Below the pieces are notes generated by a model that saw only the letters and a program-made list of their open reading frames with translations, did no database searches and was not told the DNA's origin. Made by a program: the position numbers and the translations under genes. This document shows, piece after piece, positions 8,077 to 12,588 of a stretch of DNA of 12,588 nucleotides; the first letter of the stretch is position 1, and the number at the start of each line of letters is the position of its first letter. The DNA is from Gemmatimonadota bacterium (GTDB lineage Bacteria > Gemmatimonadota > Gemmatimonadetes > Gemmatimonadales > Gemmatimonadaceae). Where the stretch lies: assembly GCA_040389905.1 (NCBI GenBank), contig JAZJZK010000050.1, forward strand, positions 1 through 12,588. Reading direction: 5' to 3'.

Positions 8077-8174
8077 GCACTTGGCGTCTCGACGTTCTGG
8101 CCCTGCGCCAGCACTCCTGGTCGCCAAGCTGCTCCGCTCCCGGCGCGATCACTTGGGCACATCGGAGCGGCATC

Positions 8175-10259
8175 GTGTTCGTACTCGCAATGGTCTTGTT
8201 GGCCCAGTCCGCCCCGCAGCAGCGCGCGGACTCCCTCGCCGCCGACTCGGTGCGAGCGCATCGAGCCCAGCAACTCGAGGGCGTCCAGGTAACCGCCATT
8301 CGCGGCCGAGCGGCGCCGATCTCGTCGAAAACGATCGGGCGAAGCGAGATCCAACGGAAGTACACCGGGCAGGAAACGCCGATCCTCCTGCAAGCGGCCC
8401 CTGGTATCACCGCCTATTCCGAGAGCGGCTCCGCGTCGAACTACTCGTACATCCGCATGCGGGGAATCGACCAGTCGCGCATCAACATCACGCTCGACGG
8501 CATCCCGCTGAATGAACCGGAGGACGAAGCGCTCTACTTCTCGAACTTCCCGGACTTCGCCAACAGCATCGCGTCGGTCCAGGTGCAGCGTGGCGTCGGG
8601 TCCTCGACGCACGGAACGGCCTCGTACGCCGGCTCCGTGAATTTCGAGTCGGTGCCGGTCGCCGCCGTTGCCCGCGGCGGGGAGATGCAGATCGCCGGCG
8701 GGTCCTACAACACGGTGCGTGGTAGCGCCGTCTATCAAACGGGGCTCACGCCCAGTGGGCTGGCTGGCTACATCCGCGCGTCGTCTCAACACACGGATGG
8801 CTATCGATTCAACTCAGGCAATCGCTCACGGAGCATGTTTGCGAGCGGCGGCTGGTTCGGCGCCACGGACATCGTGAAAGTCAGCCTGCTCGCCGGGCTC
8901 TCCTCGAACGAGCAGGCGTACTACGCCTCCGCGTTGTCGGTATTGGGTACGACACCTCGCGATAATCCATTCGGCAACACCCGGGAGACTGCCGTCAACG
9001 ATCGCTTTCATCAGGATCTGCTGAGCGCGGCATGGACGCATGCGCTTACGTCGTCGGCAACCATCAACACCACGGCCTACGGATTCGACGCGGGCGGGTG
9101 GTACGACTATCCCGGCGATACCGGCTTGGCAGACGCGTATCACTACCTGCTGCACTCCCGCTGGGGCGGCGTCATCAGCGCCCTCGACTGGCAGGGCGAG
9201 TCGTCGTCCGCATCCTTCGGCCTGAACGCTGCCCGGTACGCCCGGGAGCATTGGCTCACGCAGCGCCCCGGCATGAGCGACCGCTATTACGACAATACCG
9301 GTCACAAGGGGGAGCAGAGTATCTTCGCGAAAGGCTCCATCACCCGGGGGCGGCTCACCTATTCGGCCGACGTCCAAGGCCGTTTCGTACAGTTCCGGTA
9401 TGAGCCCACGGCGGGCGCCGGCATCGTATCGACGCCGGTGCGCTGGGCGTTTCTCAATCCGAAGATCGGAGTGGCGGCGCACGTCTCCGAAGGACTGTCG
9501 ACATACCTGAGCCTGGGCCGCAACGGGCGTGAGCCCACCCGTGGCGATATGTTCGCCGGTGCTGACGATGTCGATGCCAACAACGCGCCCGTCGTGTTTC
9601 CACTGACGCGGGTGCGCCCGGAAACGGCGAACGATATCGAAACCGGCATCAACTGGCAGCGTGCGTCGGTGCGCGCGCAAGCCAACCTCTTCCTCATGCA
9701 ATTCGTCAACGAGATCGCGGCGATCGGCGAAGTCAGCGAGCTCGGTTTCGACCTGCGCAAGAATGTCGATCGCAGCTACCGCCGCGGTTTCGAGGCCGAT
9801 GTCGCGTGGCAGGCGTCTCGCGCCGTGACGCTGACCAGCACCGTGTCGATCACCGATGCCCGCATTCGCGAGTATCGCGACGACGCGTCACAACAGACCT
9901 ACCACAACGTCACGCCGCTGTTGACCCCAAAGCTCGTGAGCAACCACGGCCTTCGCGCCGAGCTGGCGTCGTGGATGTCACTCGATGTCGATGGGCGTTA
10001 TGTCTCGCGCATGATGTTGACCAACACGAACGATGCGCGATTTACGGTACCCGCGAGCTGGTATGCCGATGTCGGGGCGACGTTCCGCGTCGGCAGGCAG
10101 TCGCTGCTCGTCCAGGTGCGAAACCTCTTCGACGGGACGATTTATACCGGCGGGTATCCTGACGCGGCCGCCAACAGCGGCGCGCCAGGCGCGATGGAGT
10201 CGTATTATTTTCCGCTCGCGCCGAGAAACATTTCAGTGAATGCGAGAATCGCGTTCTAG
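8175..10259 (+). CDS. TonB-dependent outer-membrane receptor, probably for thiamine (694 aa)
   Basis: GTG 8175 has GGAG 7 nt upstream; the ORF-track start at 7989 lies inside the riboswitch. TonB-box-like LEGVQVTA, plug motifs YIRMRGIDQSRINITLDGIPLNEPED and VQVQRGVGSS, FLNPKIG, RPET, VRNLFD, and a C-terminal Phe. Substrate is inferred from the TPP riboswitch and resemblance to Bacteroidota thiamine receptors. Confidence 0.93.
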   Translation: MFVLAMVLLAQSAPQQRADSLAADSVRAHRAQQLEGVQVTAIRGRAAPISSKTIGRSEIQRKYTGQETPILLQAAPGITAYSESGSASNYSYIRMRGIDQSRINITLDGIPLNEPEDEALYFSNFPDFANSIASVQVQRGVGSSTHGTASYAGSVNFESVPVAAVARGGEMQIAGGSYNTVRGSAVYQTGLTPSGLAGYIRASSQHTDGYRFNSGNRSRSMFASGGWFGATDIVKVSLLAGLSSNEQAYYASALSVLGTTPRDNPFGNTRETAVNDRFHQDLLSAAWTHALTSSATINTTAYGFDAGGWYDYPGDTGLADAYHYLLHSRWGGVISALDWQGESSSASFGLNAARYAREHWLTQRPGMSDRYYDNTGHKGEQSIFAKGSITRGRLTYSADVQGRFVQFRYEPTAGAGIVSTPVRWAFLNPKIGVAAHVSEGLSTYLSLGRNGREPTRGDMFAGADDVDANNAPVVFPLTRVRPETANDIETGINWQRASVRAQANLFLMQFVNEIAAIGEVSELGFDLRKNVDRSYRRGFEADVAWQASRAVTLTSTVSITDARIREYRDDASQQTYHNVTPLLTPKLVSNHGLRAELASWMSLDVDGRYVSRMMLTNTNDARFTVPASWYADVGATFRVGRQSLLVQVRNLFDGTIYTGGYPDAAANSGAPGAMESYYFPLAPRNISVNARIAF

Positions 10260-10284
10260 GCCGCTGTGTGGCAGGTAACGAGGC

Positions 10285-10839
10285 TCAGCGCGCGGCCCCA
10301 ATCTCCTCGAGCACGCTCGCTGCGGCGGTGAGCCGCGCATCGCCGCTGCCCTGGATGATCACGTACTCAGCGCCTCGCATCACGAGCTCGTCCCGGAACA
10401 ACTCGAACATCCCTTCACGCTGCGTCGGGCGATCGCGGATTCCATCGGGCTCCCACGGGAGGTCGACCGCGCACAGCAGGTAGACGTGAGCCCTTCGCAC
10501 GATGGCCTCACGTTCGAGCCAATCAGGCGCCGTCCCGTAGTAGTGACGCGCGTACACCACCGTGCTCATGAGGTCTGTGTCGAGCACCATCGTCGGTCGC
10601 TGGCGCGCGCGCGCGCGGCGTGCGGCGGCGTTGGCCTCCGCCATGTGCTCACGCGCGATCGGCTCCACGTCGCTCTCCGTGAGCGGCCGACGCACGCGCT
10701 CCGCATAGGCCCGCGCTGCCTCGAACACGCACTCCGTGTCCGCGAGCTCGGCAAGCTGTTGCGCGAGGGTCGTTTTCCCCGTGCACTCCGGCCCGATCAC
10801 ACACACGCGCCGCAGCGGCGATCGTCCGTGGGGACTCAT
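10285..10839 (-). CDS. Stand-alone NadR-type P-loop kinase (ribosylnicotinamide kinase-like, AAA_28 type; 184 aa)
   Basis: Walker A GPECTGKTT plus EAARAY, LDTDLMSTVVY and YLLCAVDLPWEPDGIRD motifs. ATG 10839 overlaps the transporter's TGA stop (ATGA overlap). Confidence 0.88.
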   Translation of the reverse strand: MSPHGRSPLRRVCVIGPECTGKTTLAQQLAELADTECVFEAARAYAERVRRPLTESDVEPIAREHMAEANAAARRARARQRPTMVLDTDLMSTVVYARHYYGTAPDWLEREAIVRRAHVYLLCAVDLPWEPDGIRDRPTQREGMFELFRDELVMRGAEYVIIQGSGDARLTAAASVLEEIGAAR

Positions 10840-11420
10840 GCGAGTGCCGGCTCCGCGATCGGTCGTGTAGTCATTGAACGACGCCAATCGATGTAACCAC
10901 GCGCGGCCAGGAAGAGGAACACGACATAGAGGCCGGCGGTCACGTAGAGGTGTTTGTAGATGAACATGCCCACATAGAGGACGTCGACAAAAATCCAGAC
11001 AAGCCAGTTTTCGAGCTTCTTCCTCGTCATCATCCACTGCGCGACGAGACTGGTGCTCGAGAGGAATGAATCCATGAATGGTAACGCCGCGTCCGTCGTC
11101 TTCGACAGAATGACGCCAAGGCCCGCGAACCCCACGAGTCCGATCGCCGTGAGCATGCCAGCCAATCGGCCATTCGTCTTCGTCACATGCAGCTCAGTCT
11201 TGTTCTCTCCGCCGTGCAGCCATTCGTACCACCCGTAGACGGAGAGTACCGCATAGATGACCTGAAGCCCCATGTCCGCGTACAGTTTCTCCTGAAAAAA
11301 CACCACGGTGTAGGCCAGGACGTTCACGATTCCCGTCGGCCAACTCCAGATATTCTGGCGAACGCTCAAGTACACGCTGATCGCGCCGACGACCGCGGCG
11401 AAGAGCTCGAAGGGACTCAC
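10836..11420 (-). CDS. pnuC: PnuC-family vitamin transporter (nicotinamide riboside / thiamine / riboflavin family; 194 aa)
   Basis: Multiple TM helices. Motifs RQNIWSWPTGIVN, LYADMGLQ, YGWYEW, PFMDS, AQWMMTRKKLENWLVWIFVD and GYIDW. Start is probably GTG 11420. Confidence 0.93.
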   Translation of the reverse strand: MSPFELFAAVVGAISVYLSVRQNIWSWPTGIVNVLAYTVVFFQEKLYADMGLQVIYAVLSVYGWYEWLHGGENKTELHVTKTNGRLAGMLTAIGLVGFAGLGVILSKTTDAALPFMDSFLSSTSLVAQWMMTRKKLENWLVWIFVDVLYVGMFIYKHLYVTAGLYVVFLFLAARGYIDWRRSMTTRPIAEPALA

Positions 11421-11544
11421 AGCAGGGGTGTGGGAGAAGATTCGGTGCCCGAAGATACGGCGCGGCACTCCGCGAGGGCAGTACGCCGGAACGATTCTCG
11501 CCCATCGCGAGTTCATCCCCGACATCATCTCATTGGAGGACGGA

Positions 11545-12495
11545 ATGGCCGAAAAGAAGATCATTGCGGTAGTTGGCGCCACCGGCGCACAGGGCGGTGG
11601 CGTCGCACATGCCATTCTCGCGGACCCCAATAGCGAATTTGCCGTTCGCGCCATCACGCGTGATGTCGACTCCGACAAGGCGAAGGCCCTCGCGGCGGCG
11701 GGTGCGGAGATCGTCTCGGCCGACGTCGACGACCTCGAGAGCCTCACCAGGGCGTTCGAGGGCGCCTATGGCGCGTTTTGCGTCACGTTCTTCTGGGCGC
11801 ATTTCTCGCCGGAGCGCGAGTTGGCCAGTGCAACGAACATGGCGCAGGCCGCGAAAGCCGCTGGCCTGCAGCATGTCATCTGGTCGACGCTCGAGGATGT
11901 GCGCGAATTCGTTCCGCTCGATGACGCGCGCATGCCGACGCTACAGGGCAAGTACAAAGTCCCCCACTTCGACGCCAAGGGTGAGGCCGACCAGGCCTTC
12001 ATCGAGCGTGGCGTGCCAACCACGTTCCTTTACGCATCATTCTATTGGGACAATTTTATCTACTTTGGATCAGGCCCAAAGAGGGGCCCAGACGGCGCCC
12101 TAGCATTGACGCTCCCAATCGGCCAGGCGAAGATGGCCGGCGTCGCGTCCGAGGACATTGGAAAGGTCGCGTACGGCATCTTCAGGCAGGGCACGAGCCT
12201 GATCGGCGAGAAGATTGGCGTCGCCGGTGAACTGCTCACCGGGGATGAAATGGCCAGCGCGATGTCGACGGCAATCGGCCAACAGGTCCGCTACAACGAG
12301 GTATCGCCCGACATCTATCGAAGCTTCGGCTTTCCCGGCGCGGACGATCTTGGCAACATGTTTCAGTTCTATCGCGACTTCGAACAGGCGTGCAACACGA
12401 TGCGCGATGTCGAGCGCGCGAAGACCTTCGCGCCGGACATTCAGTCGTTCGATGAGTGGCTGGAAAAACATGCGAAGCAGATTCCGCTCGACTGA
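11545..12495 (+). CDS. NmrA/HSCARG family NAD(P)-binding atypical SDR protein (316 aa)
   Basis: GGAGGA RBS at 11535-11540. Motifs IAVVGATGAQGGGV, VRAITRD, AFEGAYGAFCVTFFW, VIWSTLED and VPHFDAKG. Confidence 0.95.
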   Translation: MAEKKIIAVVGATGAQGGGVAHAILADPNSEFAVRAITRDVDSDKAKALAAAGAEIVSADVDDLESLTRAFEGAYGAFCVTFFWAHFSPERELASATNMAQAAKAAGLQHVIWSTLEDVREFVPLDDARMPTLQGKYKVPHFDAKGEADQAFIERGVPTTFLYASFYWDNFIYFGSGPKRGPDGALALTLPIGQAKMAGVASEDIGKVAYGIFRQGTSLIGEKIGVAGELLTGDEMASAMSTAIGQQVRYNEVSPDIYRSFGFPGADDLGNMFQFYRDFEQACNTMRDVERAKTFAPDIQSFDEWLEKHAKQIPLD

Positions 12496-12513
12496 ACGAA
12501 CAACGAACCATTA

Positions 12514-12560
12514 ACCACAGAGGACACAGAGGACACAGAGGACACAGAGGACACAGAGAA
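12514..12560 (+). repeat. 9-bp tandem repeat (CACAGAGGA)x4 plus CACAGAGAA; probable left arm of a REP-like extragenic element
   Basis: Perfect units start at 12516, 12525, 12534 and 12543, with a one-mismatch unit at 12552. The array begins about 20 nt after the NmrA stop codon. Confidence 0.9.
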
Positions 12561-12588
12561 CTGCGGCAACGCGATAAATGTTTCTCCG

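Noticed and set aside
7989..8174. N-terminal extension of the TonB receptor ORF, or a leader peptide
   Set aside because: It runs through the TPP aptamer. The SD and anti-SD point to GTG 8175, and an open frame here is unsurprising at high GC.
10840..11037. N-terminal extension of the kinase as a NadR HTH or NMNAT domain
   Set aside because: It lies within pnuC in another frame and has no HTH or HxGH motif; the ATGA overlap at 10836-10839 marks the real start.
11421..11747. Apparent long overlap of the pnuC and nmrA ORFs
   Set aside because: Artifact of maximal ORF calling; starts at 11420 (-) and 11545 (+) remove the overlap.
12516..12560. CRISPR array
   Set aside because: Units are 9 bp and contiguous with no spacers, and no cas genes are present.

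Overview
GC-rich bacterial window; the protein styles suggest Gemmatimonadota, but this is inference only. Left to right it holds: the probable 5' end of a group II intron running off the left edge (- strand); a lipoprotein resembling a catalytically dead MA-clan peptidase (-); a secreted M28 peptidase (+); a CheB-CheR-PAS-histidine kinase fusion (-); an Ig-like lipoprotein (-); a MarR regulator (-); a TPP riboswitch controlling a TonB-dependent receptor (+); a convergent pnuC-family transporter and NadR-type kinase pair (-); an NmrA-family protein (+); and a 9-bp tandem repeat at the right edge. Three observations stand out. (1) The putative intron appears to be inserted into a copy of the same ACCRCAGAGGACR repeat that is found intact at the other end of the window. 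(2) The riboswitch has a readable anti-SD switch. (3) A thiamine-type receptor lies tail-to-tail with a Pnu transporter/kinase pair, which may form a vitamin salvage module. No searches were run; family assignments rest on motif recognition.
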